A stretch of DNA of 64,000 nucleotides from Parcubacteria group bacterium Gr01-1014_38 (GTDB taxonomy: Bacteria > Patescibacteriota > Andersenbacteria > UBA10190 > CAIZMI01). The notes under the pieces are model-generated. The model worked only from the letters and a program-made list of their open reading frames with translations. It made no database searches and was not told the origin of the DNA. Shown here one piece after another: positions 39,186-48,021 of the stretch; the first letter of the stretch is position 1, and each line of letters starts with the position of its first letter. The position numbers and the translations under genes were made by a program. Where the stretch lies: contig VMFP01000003.1 in assembly GCA_007376145.1 (NCBI GenBank), positions 92,741-156,740 of the forward strand, written 5' to 3'.

Positions 39186-40010
39186 ATGGATACGGGCAGC
39201 AGCGTGCTCGATGGAACCGCCCTGGGGCAGCACGTCCTAAAACTCACGCGTGAGTTTGACACGAATGAGCCGGATCGGCGTCGGATCCTCCGCTTCGTAC
39301 TCTCGAACTGCTACTGGGCACTGTGCGACGAGAACCTTTCGCCAGAGCAGGCAAGCCAGAAGCTTAACGAGTGGGTCGGTACCGTGTACTGGCGCGAGGT
39401 CACGTTGGGCTACCTCGCGTATCTCCTCTATCTTCAGGAGCGCCTGTGGTCCGCAGGTGGCATCGTCACGCCGGCGACCGTCGGCATGACCGTGGGGCTC
39501 GATGCGCTTCGAAGCGAGTGGTACGGCTCCTCCGCTCTCCAACAGGCCGTTACAGGTCTTGTGGCGGCACTCCACGACAAGGCGGCATTCTGGTTCAACG
39601 TCCAATTCGTCGCATCGCTTGTGCAGCGGGTGGTCGGACGCGTGGACAAAGAAGCGCACACATACTACTGGCCGCCGGATGCGTTGCAGTCAGATACCGA
39701 GAAGGTTTCCGGAAGCGCCCGTACGACGCTTGTGGCAATCGACGACGAGGCATACACGCGAGGAATGCGAGAACTCCAAGAATCAGTGAGCGCCGCGCAT
39801 GACCGCGTCCGGCAGTGTGGCGAGCATTCCTGGATGTTTCTCTTCGATCGTGAGCAGCTCCATCAGTTCTTCGTGAGCCGCACCGGGCGGTCAGCCCCGC
39901 GCCTCGACCTGTTCGGAAATTCAAAACAGGATGCCGCACTTCGGGAACAGGTCGCCAAACCGGCATGGACACGCACGAAAGGCGGGATTCTCATCCCACG
40001 TCACGGCTAG
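39186..40010 (+). CDS. Hypothetical protein
   Basis: Long ORF with GGAGG SD; no motif recognised. Confidence 0.65.
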   Translation: MDTGSSVLDGTALGQHVLKLTREFDTNEPDRRRILRFVLSNCYWALCDENLSPEQASQKLNEWVGTVYWREVTLGYLAYLLYLQERLWSAGGIVTPATVGMTVGLDALRSEWYGSSALQQAVTGLVAALHDKAAFWFNVQFVASLVQRVVGRVDKEAHTYYWPPDALQSDTEKVSGSARTTLVAIDDEAYTRGMRELQESVSAAHDRVRQCGEHSWMFLFDREQLHQFFVSRTGRSAPRLDLFGNSKQDAALREQVAKPAWTRTKGGILIPRHG

Positions 40011-40127
40011 CCGTTCTTCCCCGGAATCAATACCGGGGAAGCTTTTCTCTGCGCCTCCAAGGAGACCGCTCCCTTGACGCTCGAGGAAGTCTCTGCTATG
40101 GTGTGGATAAGTACGAGAACACACAGC

Positions 40128-40319
40128 ATGGTATTGGCACTTGCCCTGATATTCGTCGGCGCGTTGTTTCTGTTGCGGAACACGGGCATTCTTCCGTTGG
40201 CAGCCTGGGACTTTACCTGGCCGCTGGTCCTTATCGTTCTCGGCGTGGCAATTCTCGTTGGTCGCGAGTCAGGGCTCGACCTGTTGCGTTTCGGGTCTTC
40301 GCGCAAAGCGCGCTCGTAA
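40128..40319 (+). CDS. Small membrane protein (DUF5668/LiaF-TM-like)
   Basis: LI.VG..FLL.N.G…WP..LI..G pattern; start uncertain. Confidence 0.65.
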   Translation: MVLALALIFVGALFLLRNTGILPLAAWDFTWPLVLIVLGVAILVGRESGLDLLRFGSSRKARS

Positions 40320-40340
40320 CGTACGTCAGCGAGGGGCGCA

Positions 40341-40520
40341 ATGGCGTTTGACGTTGAAGAAAAAATTGTTGGGGCGTTCCTCAAGAAGACGCTTTGGCTG
40401 TGGCTGTTTCCGTACATCTTCTGGTTCTTCGGGCGACGGATGTACCGCTTTCTCTACGACTGGGTGACCGAGCCAGAGCCCGTGCCCGTCGAGCAAGGCG
40501 AGCAGCTGCCACAAACCTGA
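40341..40520 (+). CDS. Small aromatic-rich membrane peptide (59 aa; not in ORF track)
   Basis: GAGGGG SD, ATG 40341 to TGA 40520: MAFDVEEKIVGAFLKKTLWLWLFPYIFWFF…. Confidence 0.6.
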   Translation: MAFDVEEKIVGAFLKKTLWLWLFPYIFWFFGRRMYRFLYDWVTEPEPVPVEQGEQLPQT

Positions 40521-40581
40521 CACGGTACGCGGTGGAGGCCGCTCTTGGTTTCGAGCGGCGTTCGGCGTATGCTGCGTCAAT

Positions 40582-41286
40582 ATGCCGTCCGAACGAACGG
40601 CGGTTGTCGTTGAAAAGCGCCCGCTGACGCCGGAGGTCCGGCATGTGGTGCTCCGCTTGGACGAGCCGGAGACGTTTTCCTTTCAGTCCGGCCAGATTGT
40701 CCAGTTCGTGTTGGATCCGAAAACGCTTCGGCTGTTTTCGCTGGCCTCCGCGCCGGCGGCGCTGCCGCTCATCGAACTCTGCGTGGATATTACGCCCGGC
40801 GGACGCGGATCGCAATTTATCGAGAGACTTCGTCTTGGTGACCGCGTCCAGTTTCGCGGGCCCTTCGGGGTGTTTACGGTCCCGCCTGCGGAAACGCGTC
40901 CCCTCGAATTCGTGGCGACGGGCGCGGGCATTGCGCCGATCCGGGGGATGCTCCGCGGACTGTTCGAGGCGGGGAACCGTTTCGAACGGCCGGTGGCACT
41001 CACGTTCGGGAATCGCAGAGCGTCCGACATCCTCTATCACGACGAATGGCTCGCGCTGAACGCGCGCGAGCCGGCGTTTCGCTATCACGCGACCCTGTCG
41101 CAGCCGGACGCCGGGTGGACGGGGTTGCACGGGCGCGTGACCGATGCGCTCCCCTCCCGGAAAGACGAGTTCCAGAACCGGGTATTCTTTCTCTGTGGCA
41201 GTCCCCAGATGGTCGACGATACCCGGAAGGTGCTCGAAGAGATCGGCATTCCCGAGCGCGATATTCACTTCGAGAAATTCTTCTGA
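40582..41286 (+). CDS. FAD/NAD(P)-binding oxidoreductase (FNR-like)
   Basis: R.FS.AS, G.GS, GP.G.F, ATG.GIAP, CGSP.MV, E.F C-terminus. Confidence 0.9.
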   Translation: MPSERTAVVVEKRPLTPEVRHVVLRLDEPETFSFQSGQIVQFVLDPKTLRLFSLASAPAALPLIELCVDITPGGRGSQFIERLRLGDRVQFRGPFGVFTVPPAETRPLEFVATGAGIAPIRGMLRGLFEAGNRFERPVALTFGNRRASDILYHDEWLALNAREPAFRYHATLSQPDAGWTGLHGRVTDALPSRKDEFQNRVFFLCGSPQMVDDTRKVLEEIGIPERDIHFEKFF

Positions 41287-41516
41287 TGCGGATTGAAGTC
41301 AAGCGCGACCTCTGTATTGGCGCTTCGTCATGCGTGATCGTGGCGCCCGGCGTCTTCGAACTCGACAGCGAGTTGAAAGCCATCGTGAAGGATCCCAACG
41401 GCGCCGATGCGCACACGATTCTCGAAGCAGCCCGGGCGTGCCCGACGCTCGCCATCTACCTGTACGATGACGACGGAAAACAGATCTTTCCGCTCCCACC
41501 GGCGCCCACGTCTTGA
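41286..41516 (+). CDS. Ferredoxin
   Basis: CIGASSC…AP.VF…AA..CP..AI (3Fe-4S type motif). Confidence 0.9.
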   Translation: MRIEVKRDLCIGASSCVIVAPGVFELDSELKAIVKDPNGADAHTILEAARACPTLAIYLYDDDGKQIFPLPPAPTS

Positions 41517-42186
41517 CACGCGGGGTTCCGTTCGGCGCAGCCGGGCGATTGTCCGCGCTCTCGAGCGGGAGATCCCAACGTACGCGGAGCCCGTCGTCGG
41601 GAAGCGGCGCGTGACCGGGCGTGACCCGTTCAAAATTCTCATTGCCGCAGTGCTCAGCGCACGGACTCGAGACGCAGCGACCGAACGCGCGGCGCGGCAG
41701 TTGTTTCGCCGCGCGGCAACGCCGGAGGCGCTGTTGCGGCTCTCCGAGCGCGAGATCGCTCGCCTCATCGCGCCGGTCGGCATGTACCCAACGAAGGCGC
41801 GGTGGCTGCGGGAGATCGCCCATCTCCTCCGCGAGCGACACGGCGGCCGCGTCCCGCGCACCATGACCGCGCTTCTGGGACTCCCGGGGGTCGGGCGGAA
41901 GGTTGCCAACCTCGTTCTTGGGCTCGCGTTCGGAATCCCGTCGATCTGCGTGGATACGCACGTCCATCGCATCAGCAATCGGTTGGGACTCGCGCGCACG
42001 CGAACCCGCGAAGACACCGAGCGGGCATTGGCGCGCGTCCTCCCACGCGATCTCTGGATCCGCTGGAACAACCTCCTCGTGACGTGGGGACAGAACGTGT
42101 GCGTTCCCGTCTCGCCATGGTGCTCACGCTGTGTGTTGAATCACCGGAAACTCTGCCCGCGCGTTGGAGTTCGGAAATCGCGCTGA
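41467..42186 (+). CDS. nth: Endonuclease III
   Basis: LSART.D, LPGVGRK.AN, VDTHV.R, C-x6-C-x2-C…C; start uncertain. Confidence 0.92.
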   Translation: MTTENRSFRSHRRPRLDTRGSVRRSRAIVRALEREIPTYAEPVVGKRRVTGRDPFKILIAAVLSARTRDAATERAARQLFRRAATPEALLRLSEREIARLIAPVGMYPTKARWLREIAHLLRERHGGRVPRTMTALLGLPGVGRKVANLVLGLAFGIPSICVDTHVHRISNRLGLARTRTREDTERALARVLPRDLWIRWNNLLVTWGQNVCVPVSPWCSRCVLNHRKLCPRVGVRKSR

Positions 42187-42201
42187 CACCGGTACACTAG
42201 G

Positions 42202-43467
42202 GTGGTGATACAGACGCCACGGGTGGTCATTCTCGGTGGGGGCTTGGCGGGCGTGCGCATCGCGCTCTGGTTGTCACGGCACCAAGCACCGGAGGAGTGC
42301 ATTGTGACGCTCGTGGACCGTGCGTCGGAGCACGTGTACCCTCCCGTGCTCTATGAAGTGGCGACGGCGTTCAACCCGTTCGAGCGCGAAGCGGTGGGGA
42401 AGGTGCTCCATGAGACGGCGGCCGTTCCGTTCTCACGGATCTTCGACGGGAGCCGCGTGGTGTTCCTCCAGCGCTCTGTGGAGCGGATTGTGTCCGCAAC
42501 CAGAACGGTCCACTTCACGAACGGTGAAACGCTCCCAGCCGAGATCTTGGTGTTCGCCCTCGGGTCTCAGCTGGCGATCTTTGGCGTTCCCGGCGTGGAC
42601 ACGAACGCCTTCTCGATCAAGACTCTTCCGGAAGCCGCTGAGCTTCGTCACCACCTCGTCCGCCAGTTCCTGCGGTATCGTTCGGCGAGCAGAAATCGTC
42701 AGGAGCGCGCCTTCTGCGTGGCGGTCGTCGGTGGCGGCTCGGCGGGTGTGGAACTCGCCGCGGAATTCGCCGTGTTCCTGCGCCGGTTGGCATGGCTCCA
42801 TCGCGTCGATCCCGACGTCTGCCGCGTGTTTCTCTTCGAAGCGGGCGACACCATCCTCCGCGAATGTCCTCCACAGCTCCGCGAACGCGGACTCGCGCGA
42901 CTCCGCACTCTCGGGGTTCAGCTGCTCCCTCGAGAGAGTGTCTGTGCGGTCGGGCCGGATCACCTCTCGTGTTCCGGAGGTATGTTTCTCCAGACGGACA
43001 CAATCGTTTGGCTCGCCGGGATCCGGACCCACGATGTGCTGCTCCGCTCTGGTCTTCCCGTCCATGCGCGCGGGGGGCTGTACGCTGACCACACGCTGGC
43101 GGTCCGGGGATTTCCCGACATCTTTGCTGCCGGCGACTGCGTGTACGCCGCGGATCCACAGACCGGGCGCATCGTCCCCGACGTCGCCTACGCCGCGGTT
43201 CAGCAGGGGGCGGTCGTCGCGCAGAACATTCTCCGGAAGCTCCGGGGACAACCGCTCATCTCCTACATTGATCATCCGCGTCCCACGTATACGACCGTGG
43301 GTGGGAAATTTGCTCTCGTGCACCTGCCGCCCTGGCAGTTCGCCGGACGTGTTGGCTGGACCGTGAAGCAGCTGGCGGATCTCCGTTATCTGTTCTCCGT
43401 GCTCCCGAATGACGTGGCGTTCCGGGCGTGGGGGAAGAGCGTGCGCGTCCGGGTGGCCAATGATTAG
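42202..43467 (+). CDS. Type II NADH dehydrogenase-like FAD-dependent oxidoreductase
   Basis: GGG.AG, P.LYEVA, VGGG..GVE.A.E, FA.GD, A.QQG. Confidence 0.88.
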   Translation: MVIQTPRVVILGGGLAGVRIALWLSRHQAPEECIVTLVDRASEHVYPPVLYEVATAFNPFEREAVGKVLHETAAVPFSRIFDGSRVVFLQRSVERIVSATRTVHFTNGETLPAEILVFALGSQLAIFGVPGVDTNAFSIKTLPEAAELRHHLVRQFLRYRSASRNRQERAFCVAVVGGGSAGVELAAEFAVFLRRLAWLHRVDPDVCRVFLFEAGDTILRECPPQLRERGLARLRTLGVQLLPRESVCAVGPDHLSCSGGMFLQTDTIVWLAGIRTHDVLLRSGLPVHARGGLYADHTLAVRGFPDIFAAGDCVYAADPQTGRIVPDVAYAAVQQGAVVAQNILRKLRGQPLISYIDHPRPTYTTVGGKFALVHLPPWQFAGRVGWTVKQLADLRYLFSVLPNDVAFRAWGKSVRVRVAND

Positions 43468-43706
43468 CGGAAACCTTTGGTCCCGAGCAGAACGCCGACA
43501 GCGGTGAGCGCTGCGCCCGCGAGGAAGGCGATCCACCCAAAGCGGACTCTCCCCGTCTTCGGGTCACGCCAGAACGGGAACACGATGAGCAGCGGGAATA
43601 AGAAGAATCCTGCGGGGAGCCGGATGGATGCCAGCAGCGGCGGGAGCAGCAAGCCGAGAACGATCCCGACGAGAATTCCCACGAGAAACCCCACGAACGG
43701 TTGCAT
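43464..43706 (-). CDS. Small membrane protein
   Basis: Three hydrophobic segments; TATGCT box 9 nt upstream of ATG. Confidence 0.55.
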   Translation of the reverse strand: MQPFVGFLVGILVGIVLGLLLPPLLASIRLPAGFFLFPLLIVFPFWRDPKTGRVRFGWIAFLAGAALTAVGVLLGTKGFR

Positions 43707-43738
43707 GCTGCTTGCAGCATACGGTACCGTGCAGTGGT

Positions 43739-43924
43739 ATGGCAGAAGCCCGTTTCTCCTGTCCGCACTGTGGGAGAGAACAGAGCGTGGAGGTTCCCAC
43801 GGATCGGTGCTTGGCGCTCCACCAGTGCACCGCGTGCGGTGCCTTCGTTACCCCGAAAGCCGGTGACTGCTGCATCGTCTGCTCCTACTCCAAGGCGCGC
43901 TGTCCCGTCTCGGTCCGCGCCTAA
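43739..43924 (+). CDS. GDCCVxC-domain small Cys-rich protein
   Basis: CPHCG…C..C…GDCCIVCSY….CP. Confidence 0.85.
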   Translation: MAEARFSCPHCGREQSVEVPTDRCLALHQCTACGAFVTPKAGDCCIVCSYSKARCPVSVRA

Positions 43925-43993
43925 GGATATACCAATCTTCCGCACCACGTGTTCTTGACGTAGCACGCAGTCCGCTCAACCCTGTTTGGGAGT

Positions 43994-44962
43994 ATGGCAC
44001 GAATCTTCACGGGCGGCGGGTGGTGGGGCGCGCTGATCCCCTTCGCCATTCTGGGCGCGGTCCTCATTGCCGTCCTCCGCTCAACATCCGGACCCGAGCC
44101 TTCGCCGACGCCGGTCGCCGCCACCGTCTTCGTCCCCGTCTTTGAGCGGTTACCGCCGGTGAGCGGCGGGCACTACGAACTCTGGTTTGAACATCCCGAC
44201 GGTGGCGCTGGGCGCGTCGCCGCATTCACCGTTCTTCCCCGCGGGGCACTCTTTACCCTGACGGGAGAGCCGGTGCAGGACTTCTTGGTCACGGAGCTGC
44301 CCCCACTCGGCTCAACGCTTCTCCTCACGGTAGAGCCGGGAGAGACGCCAGTGGAGAAACGGAGCGCTCGTGTGCTGCTCCGTGGGGCGCTCCAAGGCCT
44401 TGAGGTGACGTTTGAGCCTGTACTTCCCGACGTTGGCGGAAAGCACGTTGCCATGCTTGTCGCGCCGACCGACGCAAAGGCTCCCGATACGACTGGGGTG
44501 TGGTTTGTTCGACCTGCTGGTGGTACAGACAGAACGAGCGCGGGTCTTCAACTGAAGGCGCTCGGGGAGGGATGGGCCTACGGCGGATTTCTCACCACGT
44601 CCGCCGGCACCGTGTTGTACATGGGACTGTTTCCTGACCCCAAGAAAGCAGACGGGAGCGTATCTTTCAGCGGATCGAAAAAAGGACTGCCGTTTCCCGG
44701 AGAAGATTTTGTCCGGAATCCTCCCGAGGGCGTGAAGTTTCCTCTGAACCTGGCCGACGGCCGGACAACGGTCACCGTCAGTTTGGAGCCCGATTTTTCC
44801 AAAGCTATTGTCGCTGCCGAAGGTTCTTTCGAGCCGTTCCTCCCCCTCCTCACTCTCCGCATTCCCTACCAACAGAAGCCCGGCGAGGCGTTTACCCTCT
44901 CCCCGGTTTCTCCCGATACGTTTCCGGGCGGCACAGGGAAGTTCGAGCAACGGACACTCTAG
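43994..44962 (+). CDS. Membrane-anchored hypothetical protein
   Basis: N-terminal TM; YELW, L.EGW.Y.G, FPGEDF, SLEP motifs. Confidence 0.75.
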   Translation: MARIFTGGGWWGALIPFAILGAVLIAVLRSTSGPEPSPTPVAATVFVPVFERLPPVSGGHYELWFEHPDGGAGRVAAFTVLPRGALFTLTGEPVQDFLVTELPPLGSTLLLTVEPGETPVEKRSARVLLRGALQGLEVTFEPVLPDVGGKHVAMLVAPTDAKAPDTTGVWFVRPAGGTDRTSAGLQLKALGEGWAYGGFLTTSAGTVLYMGLFPDPKKADGSVSFSGSKKGLPFPGEDFVRNPPEGVKFPLNLADGRTTVTVSLEPDFSKAIVAAEGSFEPFLPLLTLRIPYQQKPGEAFTLSPVSPDTFPGGTGKFEQRTL

Positions 44963-44968
44963 CAGCAG

Positions 44969-45409
44969 ATGCAGAAACTGAAACCGAGACGATCGTCCCA
45001 CGGCGTTCACGTGGTTGCCGCGGGAACGTTCGACGGCCTTCACGATGGGCATCGGTATTACCTCCGCGCCGCCAAACGTCTCGGGAGTCGCCTCACGGTC
45101 ATCGTGGCGCGCGACCGCACGGTGCCGCTCATCAAGGGAAAAGTGGCTCGTCGGCGCGAGCGAAAACGGTTGGCGGCGGTGGCGGCACTTCCCTGGGTGG
45201 ATCGTGCACTGCTCGGTGAGCCGGTGCGTCCCGGACATCCCGAAGATCGGTTTAAAATTCTCCTCCGCCTGAAACCCGGCATGATCTGCCTCGGCTACGA
45301 CCAGCCGGTGAAAACCGTCACCCTCCGAAAATTTCTCAACACACGCGGGCTTCGCCGAACCCGCATCGTGCGCGCTCGGCAAGCGCCGGAGTTTCGTCGT
45401 CTCCCGTAA
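44969..45409 (+). CDS. Cytidylyltransferase-family protein (archaeal-type FAD synthase RibL-like)
   Basis: GTFD.LH.GH, VIVARD, LGYDQ. Confidence 0.85.
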   Translation: MQKLKPRRSSHGVHVVAAGTFDGLHDGHRYYLRAAKRLGSRLTVIVARDRTVPLIKGKVARRRERKRLAAVAALPWVDRALLGEPVRPGHPEDRFKILLRLKPGMICLGYDQPVKTVTLRKFLNTRGLRRTRIVRARQAPEFRRLP

Positions 45410-45523
45410 ATCATTTTTACCGCGTTCGCGACGCCCCTGAACCTATTTGAAAAAACTCAAGAAGGTTGATACGGTGCGACAGGGGAAAGGGTTGTTTTGA
45501 CAATTGCATACAACGGAGGACAC

Positions 45524-46915
45524 ATGAAAGAACGCGACCAGTTCGACAGTCTCTCGCCTCTTGACTACCGGTACTGGGACGAGGAAGTGGCGAAGGATCT
45601 CTCCGAGAACGGGTTTACCCGCTACAAACTCTGTATGGAGCTTGCGCTCGTGAGAGTACTCCATCGCCGCGGAATTTGTCCCGAAGTCGTCGTCAGAGAA
45701 GTTGAGACGGCTTGTGGTCAAGTAACGACCGCGGAAGTGTACGCGGAAGAAGACCGGATTCGGCACGACATCCGCGCGTTCGTGAACTGCATCCGCGCCA
45801 AGGTGAGCGAGAGTGCGAAGCCGTATGTTCACATGACGGCGACTTCGTATGACATCATTGATTCGGCGAATGCCGCTCGCTACCGAGACGTTGTCGTGAA
45901 GGTGCTCGTTCCTTCGCTCACAAAGCTGGAAGGAGTGCTCATTGGTATCACGCTCCGCGAAGCGGAGACAGTCCAAGTCGGCAGGACGCATGGCCAGCAC
46001 GCGGTTCCGATTACATTCGGCTTCGCGCTCGCCGGATATGTCAGTCGTCTCGGCGGTTCCATTGAAGCATTGAAAGTACTCGCCGTTGAACTTCCAGGTA
46101 AGTTTTCGGGAGCAGTCGGAGCGTACAACGCTTCCTCGCTGTTCTTCGATGACCCCGAAAGTTTCGAGGCGGAAGTGCTTGCAGAGTTGAGACTCGCTCC
46201 AGCCGAACACTCGACACAAATCGTGCCGCCGGAGGCGTTGACACGCCTTTTCTGCGAAGTCACGATCACGGCTGGCATTCTCGCCAACTTGTCCGACGAC
46301 ATGCGGAATCTCCAACGGACGGAAATCGGAGAAGTAGGCGAGGAATTTGAAGCGGCGCAAGTCGGTTCCTCGACCATGCCGCAGAAACGCAACCCCATCA
46401 ACTTCGAGAACAGCAAGAGTTTCTGGAAGATCGTCATGCCGCGTATCATGACGGTGTTCATGGACCAGATCAGCGAACACCAACGCGACCTTACCAATTC
46501 TGCGTCCGCGCGGACGTATGGCGAGGTTATCGCCTATGTGGTTTCGACCGCGAAGCGACTGACGCGAACGATGCGGACGCTCACCGTCGATCATGAAAAC
46601 CTCAAGCGCAATCTCAATGCCAGCAAGAGCGGGATTGCTGAGCCGCTTCAGCTCATGCTCTCCGCGCTCGGGCATCCTGACGCATACGAGGAGGTACGGA
46701 AACTCACGCTCCAGGCCCAGCGCATGCGGCGACCGCTTGAAGAAGTTGTTGCCGGCAATGCGGAGATGCAAGGCTACCTCGCAAGGATGACGCCGCGCCA
46801 ACGGCAGATTCTCTCGAATCCGTCTCTCTATACGGGCATCGCCGCCAAGAAAGCACGAGCAGTGGCGGAACGATGGCGGGAGAGACTCAACCTACAACAC
46901 GGAAAGGAGGGTTGA
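45524..46915 (+). CDS. purB: Adenylosuccinate lyase
   Basis: SPLDYRY, HDI, ATS.DI.D, GRTHGQHA, GSSTMPQKRNP, HQRDLTNS. Confidence 0.93.
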   Translation: MKERDQFDSLSPLDYRYWDEEVAKDLSENGFTRYKLCMELALVRVLHRRGICPEVVVREVETACGQVTTAEVYAEEDRIRHDIRAFVNCIRAKVSESAKPYVHMTATSYDIIDSANAARYRDVVVKVLVPSLTKLEGVLIGITLREAETVQVGRTHGQHAVPITFGFALAGYVSRLGGSIEALKVLAVELPGKFSGAVGAYNASSLFFDDPESFEAEVLAELRLAPAEHSTQIVPPEALTRLFCEVTITAGILANLSDDMRNLQRTEIGEVGEEFEAAQVGSSTMPQKRNPINFENSKSFWKIVMPRIMTVFMDQISEHQRDLTNSASARTYGEVIAYVVSTAKRLTRTMRTLTVDHENLKRNLNASKSGIAEPLQLMLSALGHPDAYEEVRKLTLQAQRMRRPLEEVVAGNAEMQGYLARMTPRQRQILSNPSLYTGIAAKKARAVAERWRERLNLQHGKEG

Positions 46916-47041
46916 TACGAAGGTCATCCCAAGAACGCGGTTCTTTCGGCGCTCCAAATCCTTGCAATGCGGAACCCTCGGCTGTACGCCGAACTCCGCA
47001 GCAGGCAGGAGGAGCGTCTGTGTAACATCGTTAGGATCTAA
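46916..47041 (+). pseudogene. C-terminal remnant of a PurE-like (AIR carboxylase) gene
   Basis: Translates …HPKNAVLSALQILAMRNPRLYAELRSRQEERL…*, resembling the NA.L.A.QIL…P.L C-terminal helix of PurE; no in-frame start. Confidence 0.5.
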
Positions 47042-47058
47042 CACAGTTCTGACGCCTG

Positions 47059-47093
47059 GACGTCACCAAGTACTGGTGACGTCCTTTTCTTTT
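47059..47093 (+). terminator. Rho-independent terminator
   Basis: GGACGTCACCA-AGTAC-TGGTGACGTCC followed by TTTTCTTTT. Confidence 0.8.
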
Positions 47094-47179
47094 ACCGTCG
47101 CTCTGGCCTAATTTTTCTCGCACACCGACCTGTACTTGCTGGTACCCAGACAGGAAAAAGCCGCCAGGAGGCTGGCGGC

Positions 47180-47782
47180 TTAGATTTGGACGAGCCACGG
47201 TCGTGATTTACGGCGCTTTCGAATTCGCTCAATAAAGTCGCTTCCCGTAAGACCACGTGTCACTTCTGCTGCCTGCTCTTTGCGAGTCCGATGTAATGGT
47301 ATTGCGCCAAACATCATCGTTCGTGAGAAGAAACATTCCGTGCAATCTTCATCAACGAAGACATCCAGACCTTGTTTGTGCGCGTATTCCGCCAGCGTGT
47401 CGATACAATCCCACTGGTGAAATCCGCCAAGCACCAGATGGTCGATCGGGACGGGTAACTGCGTGAGGATACTCGCCGGATCAGGGTAGCGCTTTTCCCG
47501 AACATGCTCTTCGAATGTCACTCCACACGAGATCGCCGCGTCTTCGCCAAGGTAGATCGTTACCAGAGGCGATAGGTTTCTCATATTCGGCTGGTCTGGT
47601 GCGTGTGGTTCACCGAAGAGCACCCAAACAACCTGGTAGTCCTTCTCTCGATACCGAGCGTCAATCAGCTCGTTCAATCGCCCCGGGTCGTATCCTTTCT
47701 TGCGCAGGTCTTGATGCCACCTGCCCACCTGTCCTTCCCGGATGTATTCCCGGATTGGATACAAAAACAGAAACACCTTCAT
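47180..47782 (-). CDS. Hypothetical protein on a mini-island downstream of tRNA-Arg
   Basis: CAGGAG SD, ATG 47782, GGFH..DC…VDED motif; own terminator 47155-47181; flanked by CTGGTACCC repeats. Confidence 0.75.
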   Translation of the reverse strand: MKVFLFLYPIREYIREGQVGRWHQDLRKKGYDPGRLNELIDARYREKDYQVVWVLFGEPHAPDQPNMRNLSPLVTIYLGEDAAISCGVTFEEHVREKRYPDPASILTQLPVPIDHLVLGGFHQWDCIDTLAEYAHKQGLDVFVDEDCTECFFSRTMMFGAIPLHRTRKEQAAEVTRGLTGSDFIERIRKRRKSRPWLVQI

Positions 47783-47866
47783 TCGATTCTCCTGTGAAAA
47801 GAGCCTCTGTAACTTTCTCTTCTCCTGGTACCCCCACGAGGAATCGAACCTCGATCTCAGGCTCCG

Positions 47867-47974
47867 CCCCGCACTATTTGGTATCCCTGGCAGGAATTGA
47901 ACCCGCATCTTAGGCTCCGGAGGCCTACGCTCTATCCATTGAGCTACAGGGACACAGAAATAGTGCGGGGCAGG
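47867..47974 (-). mobile_element. 108-bp hairpin element carrying a tRNA, inserted in the anticodon of the outer tRNA
   Basis: Perfect 14-bp IR GCCCCGCACTATTT (47866-47879) / AAATAGTGCGGGGC (47958-47971); CCTG leader on - strand. Confidence 0.75.
47879..47953 (-). tRNA. tRNA-Arg(CCG), intact inner copy
   Basis: GTCCCTG-TA-GCTC-AATGGATA-GAGC-G-TAGGC-CTCCGGA-GCCTA-AGAT-GCGGG-TTCAATT-CCTGC-CAGGGAT-ACCA, 75 nt, all stems pair, encoded CCA. Confidence 0.96.
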
Positions 47975-47982
47975 GAGGCCTG

Positions 47983-48021
47983 CTTGCCCCGCACTGAATG
48001 CTCGCGCGTTCTAGTGCGGGG
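47983..48021 (+). mobile_element. 39-bp hairpin element inserted between D-arm and anticodon arm of the outer tRNA
   Basis: CTTG-CCCCGCACT-GAATGC-TCGC-GCGTTC-T-AGTGCGGGG; same arms as the 108-bp element, opposite orientation. Confidence 0.75.

Noticed and set aside
43739-43924. Selenoprotein in the GDCCVxC family
   Set aside because: No in-frame TGA; all motif positions are Cys.
46913-46915. UGA recoding (genetic code 25) or readthrough after purB
   Set aside because: Many conserved genes here (sufB, sufS, nth, dinB) end correctly at TGA, so the standard code applies. A deletion relic is simpler.
45462-46919. GGTTGATACG direct repeat on both sides of purB
   Set aside because: Only 10 bp, with no associated mobile-element features; may be chance.
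47867-48021. Group I/II or archaeal BHB intron in the outer tRNA
   Set aside because: Inserts are only 39 and 108 nt with no ribozyme core, and no clear bulge-helix-bulge was identified. They look like hairpin DNA elements.
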